DNA from: Eledone cirrhosa
Taxonomy: Eukaryota
DNA: 64,000 nucleotides
Assembly: GCA_964016885.1 (NCBI GenBank)
Contig: OZ024740.1
Location: 277,326,001-277,390,000, forward strand
Direction of reading: 5' to 3'
The position numbers were made by a program, and so were the translations under genes. A model generated the notes under the pieces. That model searched no databases, was not told where the DNA came from, and was given only the letters and a program-made list of their open reading frames with translations. Below, piece by piece: positions 49,839-64,000 of this stretch; the stretch's first letter is position 1, and each line of letters starts with the position of its first letter.

Positions 49839-50985
49839 ATATATATATTTATATCTATATTTTTGCCCGTTGGTCAGTCAATGATAAACATTGATGGCCG
49901 AATGAATTAACTATGGAGATATAAAATATGCAGAAGCGAAAACCAACCAAACAGTGAGTGTGTTCTGTTGTTATTTGTGGCAATATGACCCTCCCCAAGT
50001 ATAACAATATTTGTTTCGACACACGATTTCATATAAAAACCTCGCAAAACATATATATATGTGTGTGTGTGTGTGTGTGTAGATATAGATAAAGATATAT
50101 ACATACATGGTGAAGGCGCATGGCTTATTGGTTAAAGCATTGGGCTTGCAATCGAAATGTTGTGAGTTCAATTCTCGGACCGGGTGATGTGTTGTTTCCT
50201 TGAGCAAGACACTTTATTTCACGTTGCTCCAGTTTACTCAGCTGTAGAAATGGGTACCGGCCTGCCCGCCCAGCCAGTGGGATGGCGTTATCTTATGGCT
50301 AAAACAGCACGACGTGCTGTGACCAGTGGCGACGATTGGCGTCCGACAGACTGGTCGGTCAAGGTGATCAAGGTGATATACATACATATACATATATATA
50401 TATATATTAAAGCCAAAATCTATTTGGGGGTAGGGGATATAAGCTAGATTCTATGAAATACGAAAAGTAGAACGTCATACACGACGTGCTGTGAATTACT
50501 ATATGAATATATTCCTGTCAATTTATGAAGACAACACGATGGGTTTATATCAACGCTGGAAATAGCAGCTAAAAACCATCTAAATCACCTCATCAATAAT
50601 GATTTCTAGTATAGGCGCAAGGCAAGTAATTTAGGGAGAGGGGAATGTCGATTAAATCGACCCCAGTATGTTACTAGTACTTTATTTATCGACCTAGTAA
50701 GGATGAAAGGCAAAGTTAGCCTCAGCGGGATTTGTACTCCGACCGTAAAGGACCGTAACTCTACGCTGCAAAGCATGGTGCCCGACTCTCTACCGATACT
50801 ATCAATCCACCGCCTTCATCACCTCAACAGTAATGGAGCAGTTAATCACTTTATAAAATTTAGACGGTTTGGGCTGCTATTTCCAACATTAATATAAACC
50901 CGCCAGTTTGTCCTAATACATTGAATGGGATATATTCATATAGCAATTCAATGACAGCACGTCGGCAATGACACGGTATGCAACT

Positions 50986-52200
50986 CTTATTTCAAAGAAT
51001 TCTTCCCCCAATGAATTAATTGTAATTCTCCCGATATTGGTTATTCGAATGTCTTGGAACGGTGAATGTTGATTATTGAATTCTAGAAATTATGGTTTAG
51101 GAATTATAAGTAAACCCGAGTTAGTTCAAAAAATTCTTCCCCCAATGAATTAATTGTAATTCTCCCGATATTGGTTATTCGAATGTCTTGGAACGGTGAA
51201 TGTTGATTATTGAATTCTAGAAATTATGGTTTAGGAATTATAAGTAAACCCGAGTTAGTTCAAAAAATTCTTCCCCCAATGAATTAATTGTAATTCTCCC
51301 GATATTGGTTATTCGAATGTCTTGGAACGGTGAATGTTGATTATTGAATTCTAGAAATTATGGTTTAGGAATTATAAGTAAACCCGAGTTAGTTCAAAAA
51401 ATTCTTCCCCCAATGAATTAATTGTAATTCTCCCGATATTGGTTATTCGAATGTCTTGGAACGGTGAATGTTGATTATTGAATTCTAGAAATTATGGTTT
51501 AGGAATTATAAGTAAACCCGAGTTAGTTCAAAAAATTCTTCCCCCAATGAATTAATTGTAATTCTCCCGATATTGGTTATTCGAATGTCTTGGAACGGTG
51601 AATGTTGATTATTGAATTCTAGAAATTATGGTTTAGGAATTATAAGTAAACCCGAGTTATTTCAAAGAATTCTTCCCCCAATGAATTAATTGTAATTCTC
51701 CCGATATTGGTTATTCGAATGTCTTGGAACGGTGAATGTTGATTATTGAATTCTAGAAATTATGGTTTAGGAATTATAAGTAAACCCGAGTTATTTCAAA
51801 GAATTCTTCCCTCAATGAATTAATTGTAATTCTCCCGATATTGGTTATTCGAATGTCTTGGAACGGTGAATGTTGATTATTGAATTCTAGAAATTATGGT
51901 TTAGGAATTATAAGTAAACCCGAGTTAGTTCAAAAAATTCTTCCCCCAATGAATTAATTGTAATTCTCCCGATATTGGTTATTCGAATGTCTTGGAACGG
52001 TGAATGTTGATTATTGAATTCTAGAAATTATGGTTTAGGAATTATAAGTAAACCCGAGTTAGTTCAAAAAATTCTTCCCCCAATGAATTAATTGTAATTC
52101 TCCCGATATTGGTTATTCGAATGTCTTGGAACGGTGAATGTTGATTATTGAATTCTAGAAATTATGGTTGGGGAATTATAAGTAAACCCGACTTATTTCA
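50986..52200. repeat. Tandem array, 9 x 134 bp
   Basis: TTCTTCCC recurs at 51000, 51134, 51268, 51402, 51536, 51670 and onward to 52072. Units are nearly identical. Confidence 0.95.
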
Positions 52201-52864
52201 GTCGATCTTGTTTATATCCCCCACCACAAAGAAAAAAGAGATTTGGGCTTAAGTTTTAATATATTTTATTACTTCTCAGAGTATATAATTCATTAACAAG
52301 GCACTCATAACAGGTGCAATGTGTTCGAACACGGAAGAGTCGAACTCCCACCGTCATCGTCCCCATCTCTCTCGCCTACCCCATCTCTCTCTATAGTGAG
52401 AAAATAGGGTCCCACGTGCTGGCCACTCCGCAGCCCCGGCGAACAGAATGGAGAAGGCTTTTCCCCGGAGAATGGTAGGGGAAATGCGCTGGAAGAGCCA
52501 TTCCATACCTCATTCTTTCATTGAGATGTCTAAGCATTAGAGACAATTAACTTCATAAATTTATGAATTTACATATGTACATAAACACTCCATACCAGCC
52601 GTTACCCAGGCAAAGCTGTCCCCCACTGAATTACCCCTACTTTCGCTAACTTTAATCCTCGTCCTCCCAATGTTCCTTCTTCCTTGGTATGAGATTCCTC
52701 TCGTAATCTGTTCATGTTTACATTCATTTATATCCCTATTACATAGGTTATGTATGTATGTATAAGTAAAATGCACATGCATATTTTTGGAAGCAGTCTT
52801 CCAAAAATAATGGTCGCATCTAATAGGTTACGTCAAAATTATTTATAAAACTGTTTATATATTG

Positions 52865-52929
52865 TATTTTGTCTGATGAAGGCATACCATATTTTAATTT
52901 GGTATCCCTGAAATATGTATAATGAAATA
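52865..52929 (+). ncRNA. Type I hammerhead ribozyme (family shared with 63831-63896)
   Basis: TATTTTGT-CTGATGA-AGGCATACCA-loop-TGGTATCCCT-GAAA-TATGTA-TA-ATGAAATA. Confidence 0.7.
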
Positions 52930-54769
52930 AATATGGTTTTATAAATATAGTTTCCATTTATTTAATATCGTATATCTACTCCAAAAACTTGTCGAGTGCT
53001 TTATATCAGTTATAAAATATTTACTTATGAAGGCGCATGGCTTAGTGGATAGAACATTGGACTTGCAATCGAAAGGTTGTGAGTTCAACTCTCGGACTGG
53101 GTGATGTGTTGTTTCCTTGAGCAAGACACTTTATTTCACGTTGCTCCAGTTTACTCAGCTGTAGAAATGAGATGAAGAGGTACCGGCCTGCCCGCCCAGC
53201 CAGTGGGATGGCGTTATCTTATGGCTAAAACAGCATGACGTGCTGTGACCAGAGGCGCCGAATGGACGCCGGACAGACTGGTCGTTAAAGGTCAAGGTGA
53301 TATATATATATATATACAGGGTGCTTCCCTAAACATATACACACTTTCATTACCTGTACAGGCAATAGTTATAGAATGCTGTTGAAGTGTTTTTGGGGAC
53401 ACCCTATATATATAAATAGAAAAATATTTTCCGAAACGAAATGAAACAAAAAGAAATGTTATTTTTCTCTATTTTCCTCTGTGAACATATCATAGAGTCA
53501 CCAGTATGTTCTGAGAATACCAGACAATACCGTTACAAGATTTGTTAAGATTTCATCAGTAACGCTCACTCAAAACGTATTGGCATGAAGTAAACTATAA
53601 TCTATATAGAACTATGTGTGATGATGATCATTTGATGGAGATGTTCCTTATATGGATATATGAATAAGCAGTCTAAAATATCTTACCCAGTAATTCAGTG
53701 GTACTTACTTTATCAATAGTCGGAAGTCTGAACATGACGTAGCCTGTAGTGGGATTTGAACTCAGAACCTATAAATCATTAGTTGATAAAGTATTTCTAC
53801 TTTTGGCCCAAGGCCAGCAATTACCCCAGTGCATGACTAGTGCTTTATTTTATCGACCCCGTAAGGATGAAAGGCAAAGTTAACCTCGGCGAGATTTGAA
53901 CTCAGACCGTAAATACTTGTTTCTACTTTGGGCACAAGGCCAATGCAGAGATTGTTATTAAGAGCACAAAGCTTAGTAAAGAACAGGGATAAAGCTCTGC
54001 TTCCGCATTAAATTCGTAAACAAAATACCGACGCATTGTAATGGTTAAAATGGAATAATTTTTTATCAATTTGGCTTGAAAATTGCAATCAAAAACACAT
54101 CTCTAATCGTCAATCGACCATAAAAAAAGAACGTTATGTTTCCAGCAGTCTAAAGAAACCGGAGAGAAAATTACACTAATAGAGAAGCTAAAGTTGTAGT
54201 GAAAGAAGAGAGTGCAAGCGTGATATTTCCGCAGCCACATATTCTAATGGATTGAAAGCAATTATTTAAGATGATGCATTATAAATGTTGATGAAACAGC
54301 GGGTATATTTTGAAAATAAATACCTAATAAAATTTATTTTATAATAAAGAAAAATATTATTAGACGGAAGTGTTCATGTTGATTAACAATTAAAGCCCAT
54401 ATTCTAGTAATCAGAAAACACGTGTTTTAAAAGGGCTCAGCAAGAATTCGCTTCTAGATTATTGTGAATCCAACAAAAATAATGTGTTGTCACAAAATCT
54501 TTATTTGAAGATTTATTGAATAATTATTTGTTCTGAAGATTATTTGTTCTGAAGATTATTTGTTCTGAAATATATTGAAAGTTTAAAAATTTGATTTTAT
54601 ATTTTATTTTGGACCAAGCTATACGCGTATTTTTCCATCAAATACGGCATCACCTTCTCGGTCAATGGACCAGGGGTTGATTGAAATATTCAAACATTAA
54701 AACAAACGTAAAAAAGAATTTGGAGAAAAATTTTAACATGACGAATGTACTGTTAACGTAGAGTAACAA

Positions 54770-55005
54770 TGACGAGGAATGCCTTCAACTACATACGCCA
54801 TGACCATCTGCTCGATGCCTGCTTCAGCCGAACCCCCTCTGCCTACCCGCTGGCGTACCTGTCATATGGAGCACCGAGCATGCTCCTTGCTACTGATACG
54901 GTCATATCTTCAGCCATTGCGATCCAACAGGGTGACACTTTGGGCCACCTCCTGTTTGCTCTTGGTATAGACCACATTGCCCGGAGTATCACGGTGCCTA
55001 TCACC
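54770..55005 (+). mobile_element. RT fragment of a CRE/NeSL-like non-LTR retrotransposon
   Basis: NAFN...YGAPSML...IQQGDTLGHLLF resembles RT motifs 3-4. Confidence 0.6.
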
Positions 55006-58000
55006 AATACGTGAGCCGTTTTGAAAATATTTCTTATTGCTCAGCAAAATTTTGTGGTTCCAAACTAAAGTTGCGGGAGGTGTATCACAGATTATTTAAC
55101 ATTATTTTGCCTTTCATCCTTACGGGGTCGATAAAATAAAGTACCAGTAATGCACTGGGATAATTGCTGGCCTCGTGCTAAAAGTAGAAACAATTATTTA
55201 CATGTGGATATATCTAGATGAATCAATAGTAGTGCCAAAGAATTGCTTGACTCTCAGGATATTGACCTCAATTATGAAGACATTTTAAATTTAGAATAAC
55301 AACATGTATATAATAAGGACGATGACCAAGATGGAACAAATTTAGCTGAGATGTAAAGAAAAGAATCTTAATTAAAGATTTTGAATTTGGAAAATTGGTT
55401 AGAAGATGATGTGTTTAGATCTGATCCGAATGCCGATAGAGGAGAGAGAGAGAGAGAGAGAGAGATAATTTCCCACCCGCTTTGTTGCAGCGGGTGGGAA
55501 ATTATGTATATCTGCGACAATAAAATGCTATACTATTACTTCCAAATTTTCCTTGCTTTTTAAATATGCAGAGATTTAAGAGTCAGGAGACATTAAATAT
55601 ACTCTTAGCTCTTATAATGACATACAAAAAAAAAAAAAAAATAGACAGAAATATTGAAGCATCTAATTTACAATGTTTTAAATAGAATGAAAACAATAAC
55701 AGAAAAGTTTTCTTTTGTTTATGCTAAAGCAACTGAAAGGATTTGGAAACATAAAATTGTGTTTAATTCATTCATTTTCCCCTTAATTCATATCGGTTTT
55801 TATGTCTTTAATTGTATTTATCTATTCAAATACTAATGTTTCAAATATTGCGATATTCTTACTAAATGATCTACTCGCAATAATCGGGATATTCATGTAA
55901 GTAGTCCGATTGAAAGATTGAAGAAACATGCTGACATTTAAAATGATTTAGATAAATGGAAGGAAGGATAAACACACTTTTTACATCACATAGTTTAACA
56001 CCACCGCTTATTTAAGCCTTTAGTGGAGTCCACGATGTTGCAATCATTAGGAACAGAACTCCTGCCTGAAAATAACTTAGTATCTTAATGCGGTGTTTTC
56101 TATATCAACAACAACCCGTGTAATCATGATCAACCCCACCCTTTGCCGTCAATTTCTGATCCCTATCGAACAAAATCATAAACGTTGTTATTCTTTCTTT
56201 GAGCAAGCCATAATAAAAGATACATAAACCAAGTGATGCAATGGTAGAGACGTTTGAATGTAGGATAAAATGCCGTGTGGCAATTATTTCAGCACTGCGC
56301 ACCGAGTTCAAATCCTGCGGTGAATTACTTGAGTAGTGGGCTTAATCCGTCATCAGATTTAACAAACTACTTTATGGATGTCTAATCGGTTGCATTATAA
56401 GCATTCTGACCAACTGACCAGTTTGATGACACCCCCACCCCCCTCCTCCATTCACCAGTCTCGGAAGCACTGAAAAGGGCAATGGGTACTAGCCTTCCCT
56501 CACTAACTAAGCCACAATAACAGATAGACAAACGGTGAGACACAGAGAAATGTTTAGAAATACGGACTAAGAGATAGAAATAGTTTGCTTGACAGACAAA
56601 CGAACATAGTGGAATGTATATATTTTAGTTGTTACTCCAAAGTCTAGTATATAGAATATATTAATATATTTAGTAGTAAATCTGTTGAATATGATGGCTG
56701 GCTGAAAGGTTCATATACTGACCGTGATACTCTCATGGAGTGAACAAATGTGGTTCATTTTTAAACATAGTCCTCGAAAAGAAACAATGAAAAATATTAC
56801 GGGGAATTGGAAATATTTCATGCAAGATTTCACAGCTCTAGCATCAATCCTTAATAGTGAGCCTTTGTACATTTCAGTCGACTATGTTAATGATCCGCTT
56901 CAGCAAATAGTAATACACAGTTCAAGCAATGGAAAACTCGAAAGATTCTACCCAAAACGTTAAACATTCCTCATTTCACGTTGCATAAAATCTATTCCAC
57001 GGACTTTACTTCATTTAATGTGATGTTTTGTATTAGATGGATGTGTGATTTGAGGGGAGATTTAGTTACTGCTGGTGGAGGCACGTGGCCTAGTGGTAAG
57101 GCTGTTGGACTTACGACCATAATGTCACAGGTTCAATTCTTGGGTTGTGAGTTTTGTTCTTGAACAAAAGATTTTATTTCACGTTGCTCCAGTATACTCA
57201 GCTGAAAATGATTACCCAGCAATAGCTGGGCGTTTAACCCTGCGATGGACTGGTGTCCTGTCCAGAGGGGACTCTTGTACTCTCAGTCGTTTCACGCCAT
57301 GAAACCGGGGATAAGCACCGGCCAAATGAGTCTTCTGGCTTAATATATACTTTAGACTTTAGTTACTGTTGTGTCTAACAGACAGGATCCTCACATAGTA
57401 GACCCCTAGCGTTTTCTCAGAGTAGGATATATTCATATTAATGATGAAAGTATATTTAAACAAATAGTTATACACATACACGTATTGATGATTCACATTA
57501 ATAGTGACATGTTTGTAGAGTTCATTTAAAAATGTGAGGATAACTGCATGAAAAACAATAATTTAGATAATGATAATACATTTCAAGAATTGAAATTCAT
57601 AAATCTAATTCGCCCAGTAAAAACTGTTATTTTAATAATTTCACCAAGTCTAAGATACAATCCGTCATGCTTTTGTCTCATTAGATTTCGTCAGCAAAAC
57701 ATATACTTCATCGTACCCACCAAAGTAGATGTGAAAGAATCAACTGTATTGTACATAAGTAGGCGTTTCATAAACAATGTGATTTGAAGAAAATGTAGCT
57801 AATATTTCTAGCAGATTGAGCAGAAGAGCTAAGGATTCCATGTTGGTTCGTTATCGTATTGTTTACAGTGAAAGAGAATGTGATTTCTGAATTTTGTAGT
57901 TTTGCTCTGAGCTGCTATGTATGTCTGTGCGTTTGGAGATGGTTTTTCTGTAATAATTGGATCTGTGAGAGTTTAACCTTTGATGTTGTAGTGAACTGTG

Positions 58001-59412
58001 TTCCTCGCATATAATAATGCTTCTTTATTTCGCTAATTTTGTTTCGTTGTATGGGTTGCCTTTTCGTGTACTGTGTATAGCTATTATAAGCTATTATAAG
58101 GCGAACTGCGCTTTGATTTTCTTTACTGTGATTTGTTGGGGAGTGGAGGCCTAAAGAAGTCCACGATAAATAATTTATTGTTCGTATACTATTGTTGTTA
58201 TTTGTTTCTGTTTACCCACGTCGGTACCAGCAATTACTGTAAGTTATATGTCGCTAGTCGTTTCGTGTACTTGATTTCATATTCTGTGTTGTGAATGTTG
58301 TAAGAATATTGTATACAAATTCTAGAAGTGTTGCTTTTGTAAATCTGGTATGTTAATAGCATCGAGTATGACGGTTGTATTTAATGTTGGGCAGAAAAGG
58401 TTAGGCAGACAAAAGGTAATAGATTTCGTATATTCTCCTTTCTTTCAATCTGGTGTAGAAAATGATTTCTAAGTGACTTGAGTATGATTGAATTGGCTGA
58501 AGAATAATGAGGCAATATGAGTGTGATGCTATCTGCGCATGGGGTTGTTTGTATTATTTATAAAGTGACGAGAAGCTCGTATAGGTATAGTTTAAAAGAA
58601 ATGAGTTTACAGAACCCTTAGATATGATATCGAGAAGCAGCGTTTGACCGGTAAGAGCTATCACTTTATCTCTATCGTATGGTTGTGGCTATGGCAAAAG
58701 AAAGTGCGTGGTGGAAAATATTGAAAAGCCTGAAGACAGGCACGTTCCTTCCTGGTCTAGATCTCATCAATTTCTGAATCTTCCACATGGAGAGGAAGAA
58801 AGGCTTGAGAGAGAGATACTACTGTTCAGTGAATTTACCATAAAATGGATGACGGGGGTGAGATTAGGGAGTGTAGCCCGTGTAAAAGGGTTTTCTATTC
58901 AGCATGATCCCGTGGGCTAAAAATACAGCTGAGTTACGGCCCTTAGTCTTGGCAATAAGGGTAATCTAGGGTTGCGGAAACAACGTATTTGACTCTAGGT
59001 GATTGTCATCGTAATGCAATGTTTCATATTGCTCCTCCCTTATTGTTTATGCTTCTTTCCAAAACTCAATTCTATGTACACACTAGTATTTTACTTGTTT
59101 GTTCTAGTAATGTATTTTCACACCCCATCCGTTTGGAAAATAAAATAATTCATTATTGCTTTATAACTCTCGTTCGATGATACGATTGTTAAAAATGCAG
59201 CGAGTCAATATTCGCGAAATTATAGAATTAGTTATTCGTTAAGGACAGAACTAAAAGATTTTAGAGTGGATGAAATAACAGAAGCCATAGCATAATTTGT
59301 ACAACATCACAATTAAATTCAAGAATATAATTAAATAAGCTGACTTAAACAATTAAATAAGTGGTTCGGTATGCATATGTTCATTAAAATAAAACTATAT
59401 ATATATATATAT

Positions 59413-60137
59413 ATCAGTGATCTTCCAACCTTCATTGGTATTTCTTCGCTTTAAAGATCATATACCTCTGGTTGGTGCGAGCAATAACAAAAGAAAGTTA
59501 TTGGAACACGTAAAATAGGGTGAAGCGAGCGAGACATGTAAACAAACAAAGAGGGTAATGCAACGGAAAGAGAGGAAGAGAAGAGACAAGTCCGTGATAT
59601 CTATGAACTTAAGCTCGGTGAAATCATAGACGAGAGGTAAAGACAATCCGACCTGAGTGAGATGTGAGCGAGAAAAGGATTTCACACAGGTCAAACGGCA
59701 GGAAGTGAGAGAGGGGGGGGGCAGAGAGTGAGTGAGTGAAAGTGTGAGGAAGAGGCCAGCTGAGAGAGAGTGATTGGCAGAGGGGATGAAAAGAAGGTGA
59801 GAGATACAGAGAAAGGGGAAGCAGTAAGAAAGAAACAGACAGGTCGCAGCGGAGGAAAAAATATAAATATACGAAAAATGATGGTGTGCTGCGTGGTTGC
59901 ACATGGGTTACATATGAATAAAATTAGTCCTTCATCAGTGATCTTCCAACCTTCATTGGTATTTCTTCGCTTTAAAGATCATATACCTCTGGTTGGTGCG
60001 AGCAATAACTAAAGAAAGTTATTGGGACACGTAAAATAGGGTGAAGCGAGCGAGACATGTAAACAAACAAAGGTTAGGAGATCACTGATGAAGGACTAAT
60101 TTTATTCATACGTAACCCATGTGCAACCACGCAGCAC
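59413..60137. repeat. Direct repeat (59413-59551 / 59934-60072, period 521) plus terminal inversion (59886-59945 / 60078-60137)
   Basis: Visible duplication and inversion, flanked by (TA)n. Contains a CTGATGAAGGAC half-hammerhead. Confidence 0.75.
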
Positions 60138-60147
60138 GCCATTTTTC

Positions 60148-60183
<36 letters not shown>

Positions 60184-60399
60184 ATAAACCCTGTAATTAA
60201 CAAGCTCAAGTATAAATACTGAGCATTATAATAATAATATATGCAATAATAGACATAGTAAATCGTGTGTCTAATATTAGACAAACGATTTACTGTGTTT
60301 ATTACTGCATATATTATTATATTTATATATATATATGTCCCAAGGCTCTGATACCATCAACACTATACACACAGAGCTGGCATATCTAAGAACTGACTA

Positions 60400-60455
60400 A
60401 CTGCCTGATGAGGTCATAGCCATTCGATGCCTATCATCGAAATATATATAGCAGT
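60400..60455 (+). ncRNA. Minimal type I hammerhead ribozyme
   Basis: ACTGC-CTGATGA-G-stem II-C-GAAA-TATATA-TA-GCAGT, with perfect 5-bp stem I and palindromic stem III. Confidence 0.75.
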
Positions 60456-60506
60456 AAATAAAGGATTATGAGTTCATGCAATTGACTTATGTTTCGTCAC
60501 TATATA

Positions 60507-60827
<321 letters not shown>

Positions 60828-61037
60828 ACATTCTAAATACCAGCTCACTATAGTTCTATGTGACGTACCTTTTTGTTAGTATCCCCTTTTCCTAATTATA
60901 CGCCTTCCTGTTAAATGTTTAACCTTTTAATTTTTTTAACTTCCGTTGATTCATGCGTTACTGACTAGGGACATCAAGGTACATAACCACCTGTAATTGC
61001 ATGGGTATACATGTATCTATGTATGTATGATAAGAGA

Positions 61038-61071
<34 letters not shown>

Positions 61072-61162
61072 ATGTGTATGTGTGTATGTGTATGTACATG
61101 TATGTGTGTGTATATATATATATGTATATATGTGTGTGTATATATATATATGTATATATATG

Positions 61163-61218
<56 letters not shown>

Positions 61219-62380
61219 CGTGTATGTATCTATATGTATATCTATGTATGCGTATGTATGTTTTTAATGTAATTATACCTCTATCTATATATGTGAGTAT
61301 ATGTACTTTTGTGATCTAAGAAAATTATGCATTTTGGCTATATGTCAACATGCATTTATCTGGGATTGATTACTTATACATAGACACACTTGAAAAGATT
61401 TACTATTTTATATTTTATGATACATCATACGCTATACTATATACAATGTACCATAATGCACTATACTATATTACAGAGTCGGACGCCATGCTTTGACGTA
61501 TAGAGTTACGGCCCTTGCCATTCTGAGTTCAAATCCCGCCGAAGTTAACTTTGCCTTTCATCCTTACCGGGTCGATAAAATAAAGTACCAGTAATGCACT
61601 TGTGCCAAGAGTAGAAACAATTATATTATATTATTATATTATTATTTTATTATCTTATTATAATTTTCATCTTTTAATATACTATCCTTCCTAGTTATGA
61701 CCATTACTTTACCTATCTATATTTATCCTAGTTATTTCCGTTTATTTTATATTTCTTTATTCACCTAAAAACCCCATACAACACAACTCAACATATAATT
61801 TTTACATCCCTTTTTAAAACTTCACTCCACCATCTACATTCCACTATCAATACAACAATCCCTTTTCTTCATAGGTTCTTCATAGTAATTCTATTATTAA
61901 CACCATTCAACCATTCCTTTCAAAAGGTCATGACCTTAAATAAAGTGAGTTATACTTCGTCTTAATATCATATGGCAAAAGACCATTTGATTGGTTTGTT
62001 CTTCAGCTAACTCCAAGTAAGGTCATAGAACTCAATTTACTATTGATTTTGAATAACATTTTCATTGCTTTTGACAACGGCTGACGATATACACGTAGGT
62101 AAATATATTCCTTATTTGATATTTTGTAACTAACCTTACATAGATCGATAACGAAATATACGTTCGATGTATTATTATCACCTAGAAACGATCGTAAAGC
62201 AGTGAAGTATATTCCTAATGAATTGAATTTCATTGTTATTACTTATATCATGAATCTGTTTTCCTTTTGATGTTTTATTGTTTTCCGGGATTTATTTTAA
62301 CCTACAACATTTTCAACATATGGATTACATTGAGTTCTTCATGCAGACTAGACCCCACAACTAACCGTGTACATTTATGT

Positions 62381-62416
<36 letters not shown>

Positions 62417-62542
62417 CTGTGTGTGTGTGTGCATATGTATATATGTATATATATGTGTGTGTATGCATATGTATATATGTATATATGTATATATATAAAT
62501 ATATATATATATAAATTATATATACATATATATATACATACA

Positions 62543-62602
<60 letters not shown>

Positions 62603-62781
62603 CATATATACTTTATATATATATATATATATATTATATATACATATATATATACATACATATTTATACATATGTATATATGTATTGAAGTTTCCGTTGA
62701 AAATTGAAAAAGTCATAGGAGTGAAGAGTGCTCTATGTAAGTTACAGAGCTACATTTAATGTATAATAAACAATACAATAT

Positions 62782-62859
62782 AATTGCCTTGTCTGACGAA
62801 CGAATGAGGATGTTTCTTGTATTCGTCTTATTTGGGAAACCTCTGGTAATGAGGTAATT
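62782..62859 (+). ncRNA. Type I hammerhead-like motif with G-U-rich stems
   Basis: AATTGCCTTGT-CTGACGA-long stem II-GAAA-CC-TCT-GG-TA-ATGAGGTAATT, with an 11-bp stem I. Confidence 0.65.
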
Positions 62860-62930
62860 TTATTGTATTATAATATTATACATTATATATATATATATAT
62901 AGTTATGTAATAAACAACATAAGGCAATTA

Positions 62931-62989
62931 TTCCATTTACCAGTGGTTTCTTAAAAGCAAAAGATTTTGCTTTCAATCCTCAGAATGAA
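62931..62989 (-). ncRNA. Type I hammerhead ribozyme (related to the 25.2 kb family)
   Basis: Reverse complement: TTCATT-CTGAGGA-TTGAAAGCAAAA-TC-TTTTGCTTTTAA-GAAA-CC-ACT-GG-TA-AATGGA. Confidence 0.72.
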
Positions 62990-63144
62990 CAAATCCTGGT
63001 CTGTTTATTGAATCTGGATTTTAAAAACAAAAATGCAATCTATATGAAAGTGAGCCTGGAGAAGGAAGAAGGAAAGGAAAAATAAAATAAAACTACACAT
63101 GCAAACACACACACAAAAACACGCACACAAAAACACAAAAGCAT

Positions 63145-63258
<114 letters not shown>

Positions 63259-63830
63259 ATGCCCTAAGGACAGACACTGATCTGTTGGAGATGCAGGACA
63301 TGGCAGCGATAATGAGGGACAGAGACCGCTGGAGAGAACTCGTCCATGGATCTCGGGAATTTTACCCGCCTTAGATAGATAGATATACATATATATATAT
63401 ATATATATACATACACTCATACATACACACACACACACATATACACACATATATGTGTATATAAATACACACAAACACATACTTATACACATATATACAT
63501 ACGCACATAAATATCAACACATCCATACATACACATACATATATATATACGTAATAGCACCACCAACTACAAAAACAAAGACGGTTGAACTGCTTTACGT
63601 TGAGTACTCTCTATATTATTGCATTACGATTGACCATACGGAATAGACCAGCTCTATACAGTGGTGAACCTCAAGCCTGAATATATACATATACATATAT
63701 GCAAAGTTTTATTTAAATTGTTGGGTTAACAACGAGTAAATATTTATAACTGATATAAAAGCACTCAACAAGTATTTGGAGTATATTTACGATATTAAAT
63801 AAATGGAAACTATATTTATAAAACCATATT

Positions 63831-63896
63831 TATTTCATTATATATATTTCAGGGATATCAGATTAAAAATATGTTATGCCTTCTTCAGACAAAATA
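63831..63896 (-). ncRNA. Type I hammerhead-like motif (family shared with 52865-52929)
   Basis: Reverse complement: TATTTTGT-CTGAAGA-AGGCATAACA...TGATATCCCT-GAAA-TATATA-TA-ATGAAATA. Confidence 0.62.
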
Positions 63897-64000
63897 CAAT
63901 ATAAACAGTCTTATAAATAGATAGATTCGACATACCTTTCAACTTCGACTTCTATTTGAAAAGTTGATTTGATAGTTATATACATATATATATATGTGTA

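Noticed and set aside
50986-52200. Possible CRISPR-like array
   Set aside because: Units are identical along their whole length with no unique spacers, and the context is eukaryotic.
57860-58620. Possible minus-strand retroelement remnant
   Set aside because: Compositional skew only. I could not recover diagnostic motifs.

Overview
AT-rich, microsatellite-dense animal genomic DNA. The SINE families and (TA)n/(CA)n density resemble an octopod cephalopod, which is an inference I cannot verify here. There is one host gene: a six-exon secreted S1 (trypsin/chymotrypsin-fold) protease homologue on + (join 1989-2055, 5096-5240, 6050-6189, 7635-7766, 8817-8959, 12328-12465; 254 aa). It keeps the catalytic His and Asp but reads GGDGG where GDSGG is expected, so it is a predicted pseudoenzyme. 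The rest is transposon debris: two decayed Helitrons, one non-autonomous Helitron, CR1-, RTE-, Hero- and CRE-like LINE fragments, Penelope-like (PLE) remnants, tRNA-derived SINEs, MITEs and a 9 x 134-bp array. The signal the ORF track misses is about 22 type I hammerhead ribozyme (HHR) motifs, read by eye and including degenerate ones, from roughly ten families. Several occur as inverted fold-back pairs and several carry recurrent core variants (U10.1-U11.1, CAGA/CCGA, U3-A8). One family is a ~431-nt non-coding, circularly permuted HHR unit with a 13-bp target-site duplication, a retrozyme-like element that implies a circular RNA intermediate. Most ORFs in the supplied track are microsatellite artefacts.
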